Source of the DNA: an uncultured Acidimicrobiales bacterium
Lineage (GTDB): Bacteria; Actinomycetota; Acidimicrobiia; Acidimicrobiales; UBA10347
Assembly: GCA_943788915.1 (NCBI GenBank)
Contig: CALSSD010000004.1
Location: 62,001-126,000 of the forward strand
Length of the DNA stretch: 64,000 nucleotides
Reading direction: 5' to 3'
The first letter of the stretch is position 1; the number at the start of each line of letters is the position of its first letter. The notes under the pieces were generated by a model. The model had not been told where the DNA came from. It was given only the letters and a program-made list of their open reading frames with translations, and did no database searches. Positions 18,714-28,457 of the stretch are shown here, piece by piece. The position numbers and the translations under genes were made by a program.

Positions 18714-19430
18714 TCAGCGCTTTACGTAGGGCGACGTGTGAGGCGAGAGGAGTTCGGCGACCTCGGGATCATCGAGTGCTTCGGCGGGTGGCGGACAACA
18801 CAGGCAACGACCCGCGAGTACCACCATTAGATCACACTGCACAGCATCATCAAGGCTGTGTGTCGAGATCATGACCGTCGTTCCCGACGCTGCAACAGAA
18901 CGCACGACCTCGGCGACTCGACTTTGGGTGTTGACATCGACCCCGGCAGTCGGTTCGTCGAGCAGCAGTATGGGAGATTGCTGCGCGATGCCCTGCGCCA
19001 AGAAGGCGCGCTGGCGCTGCCCACCCGACAAGGCGTGAATGGGTGTGCGCCGATGAGCCGCAAGATCGACCACGTCGATGGCCTCGCGGATCAGCCGCCG
19101 GTCGTCTCGGGTCATCGGTCGCAACAGACCACGGGAACGATAACGCCCTTGACGCACGACGTCTTCAACCGTCAAGGGCAGATGCGTGTCAATGCCACCC
19201 GTTTGCAGCACTTCGGCGACTTCGCCGCCGACGCTCACGCTTCCGGTCGAGTGTCGCAGTCGCCCACTTATCACGCCAAACAACGTCGACTTGCCGGACC
19301 CATTTGGACCTATCACCGCAGCGATACTTCCCATAGGTACCGCGATGGATACCCCGTCGAGAGCGAGTCGATCACCGCGATGGGCATCGACGGAATCGAG
19401 CACTACGACCCCTGGCTGGGAGCTTTGCAT
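18714..19430 (-). CDS. Metal (Zn/Mn) ABC transporter ATP-binding protein, ZnuC/AztA-like
   Basis: GPNGSGKST, LPLTVEDVV, LSGGQRQR, LLLDEP. Confidence 0.88.
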   Translation of the reverse strand: MQSSQPGVVVLDSVDAHRGDRLALDGVSIAVPMGSIAAVIGPNGSGKSTLFGVISGRLRHSTGSVSVGGEVAEVLQTGGIDTHLPLTVEDVVRQGRYRSRGLLRPMTRDDRRLIREAIDVVDLAAHRRTPIHALSGGQRQRAFLAQGIAQQSPILLLDEPTAGVDVNTQSRVAEVVRSVAASGTTVMISTHSLDDAVQCDLMVVLAGRCLCCPPPAEALDDPEVAELLSPHTSPYVKR

Positions 19431-19448
19431 CCGATCAGAATACCAGTA

Positions 19449-19465
19449 GTGAGACTGAGTCTCAC
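19449..19465. promoter_or_regulatory. Perfect 8-1-8 palindrome, probable Zur box
   Basis: gtgagact-g-agtctcac, immediately upstream of the TATTCT -10 of the 19430 gene. Confidence 0.7.
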
Positions 19466-19529
19466 AATCAGTCAGATGGACCCATCACAGGACCTGAGTA
19501 AACCGGGCGTTCGACTGCGCCGAGGCCAG

Positions 19530-19973
19530 CTACGCGGTTTGACAGTCGACACACACCCCGAGCAGATCCAGACTATGCCCCTCGACGGTAAAGCCAAGCT
19601 TCTTGGCCACGTCATCAAGCGCCTTGTCGAGCGCCGTTTCCGTCTTGGCCTCGAGCGAGAAGTCGAGGACGTCACCACACGATGAACAAATAAGGTGATG
19701 GTGGTGCTCGGTCAGGTGCTCGGCCAGCTCGTAGCGAGCAAAGTCATCTCGCGTAACGATCCGAGTGACCGCCCCTGCGTCTTCGAGGATGGTCAGGTTG
19801 CGGTAGACGCTTGACTGCGCCAACGAATCATCCTCCGCAAGGATCTGCATCATGGTCAGCGGGCCCCCGCCGGACTGCAGTACATGTACGACACGCCGCC
19901 GACTCGTCGTGTATCGCTGATCCTTGCCTCGTAGCAGCTCTGCTACCTCTGCATCTAGTTCAAGATCAACCAC
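19530..19973 (-). CDS. zur: Fur-family metalloregulator, probably Zur
   Basis: RYTTSRRRV, SVYRNL, HHHHLICSSCG and C-terminal CVDC; embedded among zinc-uptake genes. Confidence 0.85.
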   Translation of the reverse strand: MVDLELDAEVAELLRGKDQRYTTSRRRVVHVLQSGGGPLTMMQILAEDDSLAQSSVYRNLTILEDAGAVTRIVTRDDFARYELAEHLTEHHHHLICSSCGDVLDFSLEAKTETALDKALDDVAKKLGFTVEGHSLDLLGVCVDCQTA

Positions 19974-20044
19974 TCGTTGAGGGTAGTCGAAACTGGGAAC
20001 GATTGAGAATGACCGGTCCTCCCGAACGAGCGAACAGTGCGGGG

Positions 20045-20782
20045 TCAGTGGGAGTGATGAGGATCGTCGAGAATGATGTCGTCGCCGACTTGAAGGAAAT
20101 GGCCCCCGAAGGCTCGTCGGAGATGGGTCTCCGTCAGCACCTCGTCGGGCGTGCCAAAAGCGATTGCCACGGTGTCTAGTAGGAGCACGAGATCACAACG
20201 GCGGGCTTCGTCGAGACTGTGTGTGGTCACGACTACCGTCTTGCCATCGTCGACCTCCTCGTCGATCAGATCAAGAATGACTTGCCGGGAAGACATATCG
20301 AGCCCCGTCACCGGCTCATCGAGCAAGAGGACATCGGCCACCTGTGCGATGCCTTGAGCGACAAATGCTCGCTGACGCTGACCACCCGAGAGTTCATGGA
20401 GCTGACGGCGAGCGAGGTCGGTAATACCGAGGCGATGCATTGACCGCTCGACAGCATCCCGGTCGGCGCGGCCAAATCGTTGAAACATGCCGAGGCTCGC
20501 GTAACGACCAATACCCACGGTGTCCTCCACGGTGATCGGCAGGCTTTTGTCGACGTCGGTCGATTGCAATACCAAAGCAGCCGCCTGGCCGTAGACCTCG
20601 ACCGATCCCGCCGTTGGTTCACGGGTTCCCGCGATCACGCTGAGCAGCGTTGACTTGCCTGACCCATTTGGGCCAATTACTGCCAACGACGAACGAGCAG
20701 GGACTCCTATCGAAAGGTCCCTGATTGCGACGGTTTGACCGAAGTCAACACGCAGATTCATCGTGGCAATAGCGGTCGACAC
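20045..20782 (-). CDS. Metal ABC transporter ATP-binding protein (second copy), ZnuC-like
   Basis: GPNGSGKST, LPITVEDTV, LSGGQRQR, LLLDEP, His tail DDPHHSH. Confidence 0.9.
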   Translation of the reverse strand: MSTAIATMNLRVDFGQTVAIRDLSIGVPARSSLAVIGPNGSGKSTLLSVIAGTREPTAGSVEVYGQAAALVLQSTDVDKSLPITVEDTVGIGRYASLGMFQRFGRADRDAVERSMHRLGITDLARRQLHELSGGQRQRAFVAQGIAQVADVLLLDEPVTGLDMSSRQVILDLIDEEVDDGKTVVVTTHSLDEARRCDLVLLLDTVAIAFGTPDEVLTETHLRRAFGGHFLQVGDDIILDDPHHSH

Positions 20783-20807
20783 TCGTACAAGCTACGAGAA
20801 ACAAAAG

Positions 20808-20881
20808 CGAAAACGATTCCCGTTCTGGTTGCGGTCAGCACCTTTAGCGCTCTACGGTTTACGAAACGATAGTGATTCTCA
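20808..20881. promoter_or_regulatory. Divergent promoter region with two degenerate Zur-like boxes
   Basis: CGAAAACGATTCCCG (20808-20822) and CGATAGTGATTCTCA (20867-20881). Confidence 0.45.
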
Positions 20882-20895
20882 CTCTGGAGTATGAA

Positions 20896-22098
20896 ATGAA
20901 GTCTTGGCAACGGGTTGCGCTTGCGCTAATCGCCGTGTTTTCCCTTCTCGCCGCATCGTGTGGTGGCAGCGGCGACGCCGCGGTGACCACCGAGGTGAGC
21001 CAAGCAGACGCCGCCACGAGCGCCCAGAGCGACGAGCGGCCCGTTGTCGCGGTCACCACGAATATCTTGGGTGATGTAGTGGAACAAATGGTCGGCGACT
21101 ACGTCGACGTCGTCACGATCATGCCGGTCGGTGCGGACCCACACGACTTTCAGGCCTCAGCGCAGCAGATTGCGCAGCTTGGTGACGCTGCCGTGCTGAT
21201 CATAAACGGAGCCGACTTCGAAGCAGGCTTGATCGATGTGATCGAGTCGGTTGAGGCCGACGGAACGCCGGTCTTCAAGGCAATTAGCGCAGTCAGCACG
21301 ATCGAGTTCGGCGACGAAGACCATGGTGACGAAGACCATGACGACGACCATGAACGAAACGAAGACCATGACGACGACCATGACGACGACGACCATGACG
21401 ACGACCATGACGACGACCATGACGACGACCATGACGACGACCATGACGACGACCATGACGACGACCATGACGACGAAGACCATGACGACGACGACCATGA
21501 CGACGACGACCATGACGACGAAGACCATGACGACGAAGACCATGGCGACCACGACCACGAGGGGGCCGATCCACACTTCTTCACCGATCCGGCACGGATG
21601 GCCGACGCTGCAGCAGCGATCCTCGGCTACCTCATCGCCAACCTTGATGGCGTCGACGTAGACGCTATGAACGCCAGCGCAAACGAGTACATAGCGCAGC
21701 TCGAATCACTCGACACCGAGGTCGCGGAGACGTTCGCTAACCTCACCGACGACCAACGAGTACTCGTGACAAACCATGAGGTCTTCGGCTACTTCGCTGA
21801 CCGCTACGACTTTGAGGTCGTTGGCGCCGTGATCCCAAGTGGAAGCACCGCCGATGGCGCAAGCGCACAGGCACTCGCCGAACTCGCCGAACTCATCGTC
21901 GCAGAGGGCGTGCCGGTCATCTTCGCCGACTCCTCGTCATCCGATGAGCTCGTGCAGACGCTGGCGACCGAAGTAGGCAACATCGATGTGATCGAGCTCT
22001 ATTCTGAGTCTCTGGGCGATGCGGATTCTGACGGCGCTACGTACATCGATATGGTGCGAAGCAACGCCGAGCAGATCGCAACCGCACTCGCCGGCTAG
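20896..22098 (+). CDS. Zinc ABC transporter substrate-binding lipoprotein (ZnuA/AztC-like) with a very long His/Asp loop
   Basis: LAASC lipobox, GADPHDF, NGADFE, DPHFFTDP, TNHEVFGYFADRY; GGAG RBS. Confidence 0.92.
   Translation: MKSWQRVALALIAVFSLLAASCGGSGDAAVTTEVSQADAATSAQSDERPVVAVTTNILGDVVEQMVGDYVDVVTIMPVGADPHDFQASAQQIAQLGDAAVLIINGADFEAGLIDVIESVEADGTPVFKAISAVSTIEFGDEDHGDEDHDDDHERNEDHDDDHDDDDHDDDHDDDHDDDHDDDHDDDHDDDHDDEDHDDDDHDDDDHDDEDHDDEDHGDHDHEGADPHFFTDPARMADAAAAILGYLIANLDGVDVDAMNASANEYIAQLESLDTEVAETFANLTDDQRVLVTNHEVFGYFADRYDFEVVGAVIPSGSTADGASAQALAELAELIVAEGVPVIFADSSSSDELVQTLATEVGNIDVIELYSESLGDADSDGATYIDMVRSNAEQIATALAG
21310..21560. repeat. 12/15-bp coding tandem repeat (GACCATGACGAC)n encoding (DDDH)n
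   Basis: About 19 His-containing units read directly from the sequence. Confidence 0.95.
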
Positions 22099-22119
22099 TC
22101 AAGATCAACAGGGACCCTT

Positions 22120-22964
22120 GTGGACTGGCTCATCGACGCCTTCGAACCAACATTTATGCAACGAGCGCTCATCGGTGGGCTCGTCGCGGTCGTCGCGACC
22201 TCGCTGGTCGGCACGTGGGTAGTGCTGCGTGGCCTGGCATTTCTCGGCGACGCCCTGGCGCACGGCGTTATTCCCGGCATCGCGCTGGCCGTACTTTGGG
22301 GATTCAGTCCAATCATTGGCGCCTTTGTTGCTGCACTCGTCATGAGCGCTTCGTCAGCCTGGTCTCAAATCGAACCGATGTCCGAGAAGACACGGCAATA
22401 GGACTGCTCTTCGTTGGCATGCTCTCGCTCGGCATCGTCATCGTTTCCCGGGCCCGTTCCTTCTCGACCGAAGTGACGGCACTTCTTTTTGGCGACGTCC
22501 TCGGCGTCACCCGGAGCGACATCAATGCACAGCTGATCGCCACCATCGTGGTCGTGATCACGACGGTGGCGTTGTACCGACCATTCATGGCGCTGACCTT
22601 CAATCGCGACAAGGCCCACACCCTTGGCATGTACCCGTCGCTCGCTCACGCCGCGTTGTTGTCGTTGTTGGCGCTGAGCATCGTTGCGAGCTTCCAGGCG
22701 ATTGGCACGCTTCTTGTGTTCGGGCTACTTGTCGGGCCACCAGCAACGGCTACTTTGCTCGTGCGACGCGTGCCGGCGATCATGCTGGTCTCGATCCTTC
22801 TCGGCAGTCTCGCGGTAGTAGGTGGCCTCCTCATCAGCTTCCACTACGGAACCGCTGGCGGAGCAACCATCGCCGGCCTCAGCGTCGCGGAGTTCTTTGT
22901 TGCGCTCGCCGGTCGCGAGATTCGCGATCTCGTGCGCCACACCAACCGGGCCACTGTCGCATAA
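22120..22964 (+). CDS. Zinc ABC transporter permease (ZnuB/AztB-like), one frameshift near 22345
   Basis: FMQRAL, GTWVVLRGLAFLGDALAHGVIPG in the first frame; EDTAIGLLFVGMLSLG, LLFGDVLG and GPPATA in the second. Confidence 0.88.
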
Positions 22965-23074
22965 CGAGGCTTACGCCGGGGGAAGTAACCGAAAGGCCGC
23001 AACCTGCTCAAAAAACTAGCCAACTATCTCATAGGCGTTTGATTCGCCAACCGCACCTGGTTACGATCTAATAC

Positions 23075-23089
23075 TGAGATCCAGTCTCA
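23075..23089. promoter_or_regulatory. Zur-like box upstream of the zrg-like operon
   Basis: TGAGATCCAGTCTCA has the same TGAGA-N5-TCTCA frame as the 19450 palindrome. Confidence 0.65.
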
Positions 23090-23179
23090 TATACGCGCAC
23101 CGGCTCAGTCGCAGCCAGGCTGCGGAGTCGCCCTCTCCACGGTCAGTGAGTAGCCGCGTAGCAAGAAGGAACCACACCT

Positions 23180-23822
23180 ATGTACGTTGCACTAGTGCGA
23201 AGCACCCACCGAGTAGTCCTGCTGATCACAGCCGTTGTCTACATTATGTTTGCGGCCGGATGTGGTGGAAGCAGCGACGAAATTGCGACGAGGGACTCTG
23301 ATGCGATTGCGACCTCGGCCGACACCGCCGTCGAGGCCGACGAAGATCATGAGGATCATGACGACGAGGGCGCCTCGGGCGGCCTCGATGCCCATGTCCA
23401 TGGCTTGGCTGAGCTGTTCGTGGCCTGGAACGGGAGCGATGTCGTGGTCGACCTCGTCAGCCCGGCGAACAATATCTTTGGTTTCGAATACGAGGCGACA
23501 ACCGACGAAGATCTGGCGATCGTTGCCGAGAGAACCGATGTGCTCACCGCCCCGTGACCTGCTCGCCTTCAATGACCAAGCAGCGTGCTCCCTCGCGGCC
23601 GATGTCGACTCCGAGTTCGTGATCGAAGGAAGCCATGCGGAGGTCACGACGTCCGTGGGTTATTCGTGTGCGAGGAGCCAGGCGAACTCAGCCAGCTCGA
23701 CTTAACAGCCTTGTTCACCGAGTTCCCTGGGCTCCAGGACATCGATGCGCAATTGGCATCTGAAGCCGGCCAGTCAGGCCGCCGAACTGTCCCCATCGTC
23801 GGCCATCTTGCAGCTCAACTAG
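23180..23822 (+). CDS. zrgA: ZrgA/DUF2796 zinc-binding protein with a lipobox, frameshifted as given
   Basis: AAGGA RBS, FAAGC lipobox, AHVHG, SPANNIFGFEY; later frames give AAC...HAEV and LFTEFPGLQDIDAQL...AELSP. Confidence 0.75.
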
Positions 23823-23872
23823 TGGTCGTCCACCTTCGCTTCAGCGCTCGGTCCCAATACCGCTTCGCAGTC

Positions 23873-24578
23873 ATGACTGACGCAGTCATCGAGCTGGATC
23901 AGGTGACATTCCGGTGGCCGGGGCATGCAGCCGACACCGTTGCCATCGATGAATTGCATCTGAAGTCGGGTGAACACCTCTTCGTCCGCGGGGGCCAGCG
24001 GCAGCGCAAGACGACCCTGTTGAACCTTCTTGCGGGAATTCATACCCCAACCACCGCGCGAGGTCCGGCTGCTCGGTACCAATATCGGGGCGCTCTCACC
24101 CAGGCAGGCGCGATCGGTTTCGGGCCGACCGTATTGGGGTCGTGTTTCAGCAGTTCAACCTGCTTCCTTACCTTTCGGTGATCGAGAACGTTCTGGTCTC
24201 ATGTAGTTTCTCGAACCGCAAACGAGATCGGGCCACCAGCGCAGGGACAGTCGAGGAGACGGCGCGGCACTTTTGCGGTCCTTGAGATTGAGCGACGATC
24301 TCCACAAGGCACCGGTCGCCAAACTCAGCGTTGGGCAACAGCAGCGGGTTGCTGTTGCCCGAGCGCTCATCGGCGGCCCAGAAATTATCATTGCCGACGA
24401 ACCTACTTCTGCCCTCGACGCCGACAATCGCAATCGTTTCCTTGACCTGTTGTTTCAAGAAGTTGCCGCCCAGGGTTCCACGCTGATCTTCGTGAGTCAT
24501 GATCCGCAGCTGGCCGAACGGTTCGATCGCGTCATCGAGCTGGCCGAGCACGATGGTCAGCGAGAACCAGCCACATGA
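23873..24578 (+). CDS. zrgB: ABC transporter ATP-binding protein (ZrgB-like), frameshifted as given
   Basis: VTFRWPG, GEHLFVRG, disrupted Walker A ending KTTLLNLLAG, FQQFNLLPYL, LSVGQQQRVAVARAL, ADEPTSALD. Confidence 0.8.
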
Positions 24579-25831
24579 CGCTTCTGCGCATCGCGCTCAA
24601 GAGCGCCCGGTTTCGCAAGACCAGCCTGATCCTGACGATCGTGTCCATCGCAATCAGCGTGACCCTGCTGCTCGGCGTCGATGTCGTTCGCAAGGAAGCC
24701 AAGTCGAGCTTCGTCAACACCATCTCCCAGACCGACCTCATCGTCGGCGCTCGCAGTGGCCCGACAAACCTGCTGCTCTACAGCGTGTTCCACATCGGTA
24801 GCGCAACCAACAACGTCACCTGGGAGTCCTACGAGACCATCGCGGAGCGCGACGATGTTGCTTGGACGGTTCCGATCTCGCTCGGTGATTCCCACCGAGG
24901 GTTCCGAGTGATGGGCACGACCGAGGACTATTTCGAGTTCTATCGCCACGGCAACAAAGAGCGATTGAGCATAAAAAGTAGCACGGTGTTCGCCGAGGTG
25001 TACGACGCCGTGTTGGGGGCCGAGGTTGCTAGCAGCCTGGGATACAACGTCGGCGACGAACTCATCATCTCCCATGGGCTGGTGTCGGCCGACTTTGCCG
25101 CTCATGACGACAAGCCGTTCACCATTGTCGGCGTACTCGAACGCACGGGCACGCCCGTCGATCGAGCGGTACATGTCAGCCTGGCAGGTATCGAGGCGAT
25201 TCACGTCGACTGGCAAAGCGGCAACCGTTCTGGGTTACAACTCGACGCCGAGCAGGCACTGCAATTCGACCTGACCCCAACCTCGATCACCGCGTTCATG
25301 GTTGGGCTCGAAAATCCGGCACTGACGTTTCGCACTCAGCGCGACATCAATGACTACAGCGGGGAGCCTCTTTCAGCGATCACGCCAGGTTCGACCTTGG
25401 CCGAATTCTGGCGCACGATCTCCACCATCGAACAGGTGCTCTTCGTCATGTCCGGCTTTGTGCTGATCGCTGGGCTGTTGGGCATGGTAACGACGATTCT
25501 GTCTACCTTGAACGAACGGCGACGTGAGATCGCAGTGTTGCGTGCGATCGGAGCTCGACCGACCACAATCGTGTTGCTGATTGCGCTTGAAACTCTGCTG
25601 ATCGTGGTCGCCGGGTGCCTGGCTGGGGTGGCTTTGCTTTACGGTCTCTTGGCGATTGGAGGGCCATTCGTTGCAGATCGAGTTGGCGTTGATATTTTAC
25701 TTCCATGGCTCGACTCAACCCAGGGCCTGATCCTTGGAGCAGTCATTGTCGGGGCTACTCTGGTGTCCTTGGTGCCCGGGTTCATCGCCTATCGCCGATC
25801 CATCCAAGACGGACTCGCAGTCCGGGTCTAG
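24575..25831 (+). CDS. zrgC: FtsX/MacB-type ABC permease (ZrgC-like)
   Basis: DLIVGARSG..LLLYSVFHIG, VPISLGDSHRGFRV, HDDKPF, IEAIHVDW, LNERRREIAVLRAIGARP. Confidence 0.9.
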   Translation: MTLLRIALKSARFRKTSLILTIVSIAISVTLLLGVDVVRKEAKSSFVNTISQTDLIVGARSGPTNLLLYSVFHIGSATNNVTWESYETIAERDDVAWTVPISLGDSHRGFRVMGTTEDYFEFYRHGNKERLSIKSSTVFAEVYDAVLGAEVASSLGYNVGDELIISHGLVSADFAAHDDKPFTIVGVLERTGTPVDRAVHVSLAGIEAIHVDWQSGNRSGLQLDAEQALQFDLTPTSITAFMVGLENPALTFRTQRDINDYSGEPLSAITPGSTLAEFWRTISTIEQVLFVMSGFVLIAGLLGMVTTILSTLNERRREIAVLRAIGARPTTIVLLIALETLLIVVAGCLAGVALLYGLLAIGGPFVADRVGVDILLPWLDSTQGLILGAVIVGATLVSLVPGFIAYRRSIQDGLAVRV

Positions 25832-25838
25832 GACACGA

Positions 25839-26636
25839 ATGCAACGTACTGCCCGCCACACAGGTTCACGAACTGCAGTCCTTGTTCTGCTTGCGTTGAT
25901 GACTACCGCTTGCGGAGCTGTGGTCAGGGTGAGTGAACAACGAGAAGCTGCTGTTGCCACCGGAGCCACACCGGTTCCAGCACCGCTCGATGTGGCCGCG
26001 CCAAGCTCGGCAGCGCCGCTTGATGCAACCCCGCCAAGTTCGACAGCCGGCCACCAATACGGTGCATCACTCGACGAGTGGACCGAAACCGAACAACAAC
26101 AAAAAGATTCTGCTGCAGCCGAGACAACCACTGCCAACACAGCCGGGCCGGAGCAATCAGAGTTTCCGGAGATCGAGTGGACCGAGTGGAACGATCTCAT
26201 CCCCGCTGGGGCTTCAGGTGCGGAGATAATGGCCCGATTCGAGGAACGACTCGATGCCATCGAGCCCGGAAGCGAAGAGATAGACGCGCTGTACGCAGAA
26301 ATGCAGGCCGAGTACGACCCAGAGGCCGTGGATCCAGCGCTCGCTGGCAAGAAGGTCCGACTGGCTGGATTCGTGGCGCCGCTCACCTATGACGACGATA
26401 TCGTCACCGAGTTTCTGCTCGTGCCCACGTTCGGTGCCTGCATCCATGTTCCGCCTCCGCCACCCAACCAGACAGTTATGGTGACGGTAGACAGAGACAA
26501 CGGCCTCACCGTCGACGAATCCTGGGGCGCTGTCTGGGTTGAAGGCACGATGGTGGTCGAGTCAGGAAGCAGCGATCTGGGCGCCACCAGCTACCGGATC
26601 ACCGACGCAACGAGCGGCGCTTACACCGACTTCTGA
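25839..26636 (+). CDS. DUF3299 domain lipoprotein (PA4066/ZrgD-like)
   Basis: MTTAC lipobox, WNDLIP, VRLAGFVAPL, EFLLVPTFGACIHVPPPPPNQ. Confidence 0.88.
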   Translation: MQRTARHTGSRTAVLVLLALMTTACGAVVRVSEQREAAVATGATPVPAPLDVAAPSSAAPLDATPPSSTAGHQYGASLDEWTETEQQQKDSAAAETTTANTAGPEQSEFPEIEWTEWNDLIPAGASGAEIMARFEERLDAIEPGSEEIDALYAEMQAEYDPEAVDPALAGKKVRLAGFVAPLTYDDDIVTEFLLVPTFGACIHVPPPPPNQTVMVTVDRDNGLTVDESWGAVWVEGTMVVESGSSDLGATSYRITDATSGAYTDF

Positions 26637-26860
26637 CAACGTTCGGGTCCAGAGCTATCGCTCCTGAGCGGTTCGAATAGCTGCCGCAGATCAGCAAACA
26701 TGGGCGGGGTTCACCGCAGACCGTTCACGGCCCCAAGCCCAAGTCGGGGATCCCCCTGGGCTACGTAGGCGACGCCCACGGGTGCCAACGCTTCGGTGAG
26801 GAGGACGGTGCGTGGCGCCGGTGCTGAGCCACGATGTCGAACGCTTGTTAGTGCGCAGAC

Positions 26861-27060
26861 TTGTTGCACACCGCAGCCGATGTTGCTTACGCCCGTCGCG
26901 AACAAGGCTTGCTGCTCAATTACCCGGAGGCGGCTGCGGTGCTGACATCGCGGGTGCTCGAGTCGGTGCAGGACGGGCGCCGGGTGACTAACCCGATGGA
27001 GGACGACCGTCACGTTCTGACTCGCGACCAAGTGATGGAGGGTGTTCACGAAATGTTGCC
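26861..27060 (+). pseudogene. ureA: Urease gamma subunit remnant (both ends missing)
   Basis: AADVAYARREQGLLLNYPEA...DGR.V...[15 protein letters not shown]. Confidence 0.85.
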
Positions 27061-27063
27061 GGT

Positions 27064-27180
27064 ATCCCGGCCGGCATAGCAACACGCTTCGAGCCGGGTA
27101 TCGCTATGGATGTTGACCTCGTCCCGTTCGCAGGCGCCAGAGAGATTCCCGGTTTGCGTGGTGCCGTCGGGGCTCGCTTG
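27064..27180 (+). pseudogene. ureB: Urease beta subunit remnant (C-terminal part only)
   Basis: Manual translation [33 protein letters not shown] matches the UreB IPAGTAVRFEPG..V.LV motif; not in the ORF track. Confidence 0.8.
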
Positions 27181-27214
27181 ACCCTCCCATGCGGCCAAAA
27201 CCGGGCGCTGACAC

Positions 27215-27370
27215 GTGAGCTTCATTGATCGCAACCGCTACCAAGCGCTGTACGGGCCGACGGCTGGAGACCGGATCCGCTTGGCCGACACCGATCTTTG
27301 GATCGAGGTTACTGCGGACCACTTTGTCGGTGCCGATGAGACTGTCTTCGGCGGCGGAAAGGTCATTCGC
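27215..27370 (+). pseudogene. ureC: Urease alpha subunit remnant (first ~52 codons)
   Basis: [25 protein letters not shown]...[11 protein letters not shown], after which homology stops. Confidence 0.9.
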
Positions 27371-27420
27371 GCGCCATCACTAGTTGGGGTCACCGCAGTT
27401 GTAGCTGACAGGCTGGAGAG

Positions 27421-28377
27421 ATGAAACCAGCCGAGGTCCTTGATGCCCTGTTCGCACCGTTGCCCGAGGTGCTGCCAGACAGCGATGCCGATGTGGCGTT
27501 CTTCCTTGGCGAGCATGGACCGCAACCGCAGGAGAGCGCCGATGGCCCCACGTACTTCGCTCGTTTGATGCGGGTGGCGCTGCACACAGATCGGCGTTCT
27601 CTTGCTTCGGTTGCCGGCCACCAGGCTGCGGTTCGCAGACTGTTTCCATCGACGCCTGACCATGCGGTAGTCGCCTTCTGTGTGAGCGAGGACAAAGGCC
27701 CCCGCCCGGCTCACATCCACACCTCGCTCACTCCCGACGACACCGGCAACTTCACGATGAACGGCACCAAGAGGTGGGGGTCGATGGCCCCGGTCGCTGA
27801 TGTGCGTTATGTCGCCGCGTCGGTTGGATGCAACGGCGATCGCAACGACCTTCGTATGGTCGCCTTGCCAAGCGACCGGCCCGGCATCACCATCGACCTT
27901 GAGCCGTACGAGTCGTGGGGTCCTGAATTTCAGATCTGTGATCTGCATTTCGCCGAGGTAAAGGTGCAGGCCGACGAGGTACTTGCCGGCGATGCTTATC
28001 TCAACGCGATCAAGCCGTTTCGGCTGGTCGAAGATGTCTACAACACCGCCGGCAGCCTGATCGGCCTATTCCAACTCGGGCGCCGTCACGGTCGGCCAAC
28101 TCAACAACTTGAACCCCTCGTTGGTCTGATCGTGCAGGCCGCTGCCATCGCCGAGACCGACATGGCATCAGATGCCTCGGTCGTTTTGTTGAGCGAATTC
28201 CTGGGCCGAGCTGACGCCGCCTGGTCGGCCTTCTGGGCCGATTGGACGAACCCATCGGCTGACATCACCCAGGCATGGACTCCCGAGCGCGGACTGCTCG
28301 GTGTCGCAGCCGCCGCCCGCGAGACTCGCCTGGATAATGCGTGGAGCGCTCTGAACACCACGGTCGTGCAAGATTGA
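27421..28377 (+). CDS. Acyl-CoA dehydrogenase-like protein
   Basis: [35 protein letters not shown]. Confidence 0.7.
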   Translation: MKPAEVLDALFAPLPEVLPDSDADVAFFLGEHGPQPQESADGPTYFARLMRVALHTDRRSLASVAGHQAAVRRLFPSTPDHAVVAFCVSEDKGPRPAHIHTSLTPDDTGNFTMNGTKRWGSMAPVADVRYVAASVGCNGDRNDLRMVALPSDRPGITIDLEPYESWGPEFQICDLHFAEVKVQADEVLAGDAYLNAIKPFRLVEDVYNTAGSLIGLFQLGRRHGRPTQQLEPLVGLIVQAAAIAETDMASDASVVLLSEFLGRADAAWSAFWADWTNPSADITQAWTPERGLLGVAAAARETRLDNAWSALNTTVVQD

Positions 28378-28457
28378 ACCCTGGTCGAGATCAGCAGGTT
28401 CGGCGCGCCGGTTTGCTCAGGGCGAGCTTGCGGCCAGTCGGCAGCTAAGTTCGCCGT

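Noticed and set aside
21150..21661. Ser/Trp-, Val/Met-, Thr/Met- and Arg/His/Gly-rich ORFs
   Set aside because: These are alternative-frame and antisense readings of the (GACCATGACGAC)n repeat in the zinc-binding protein.
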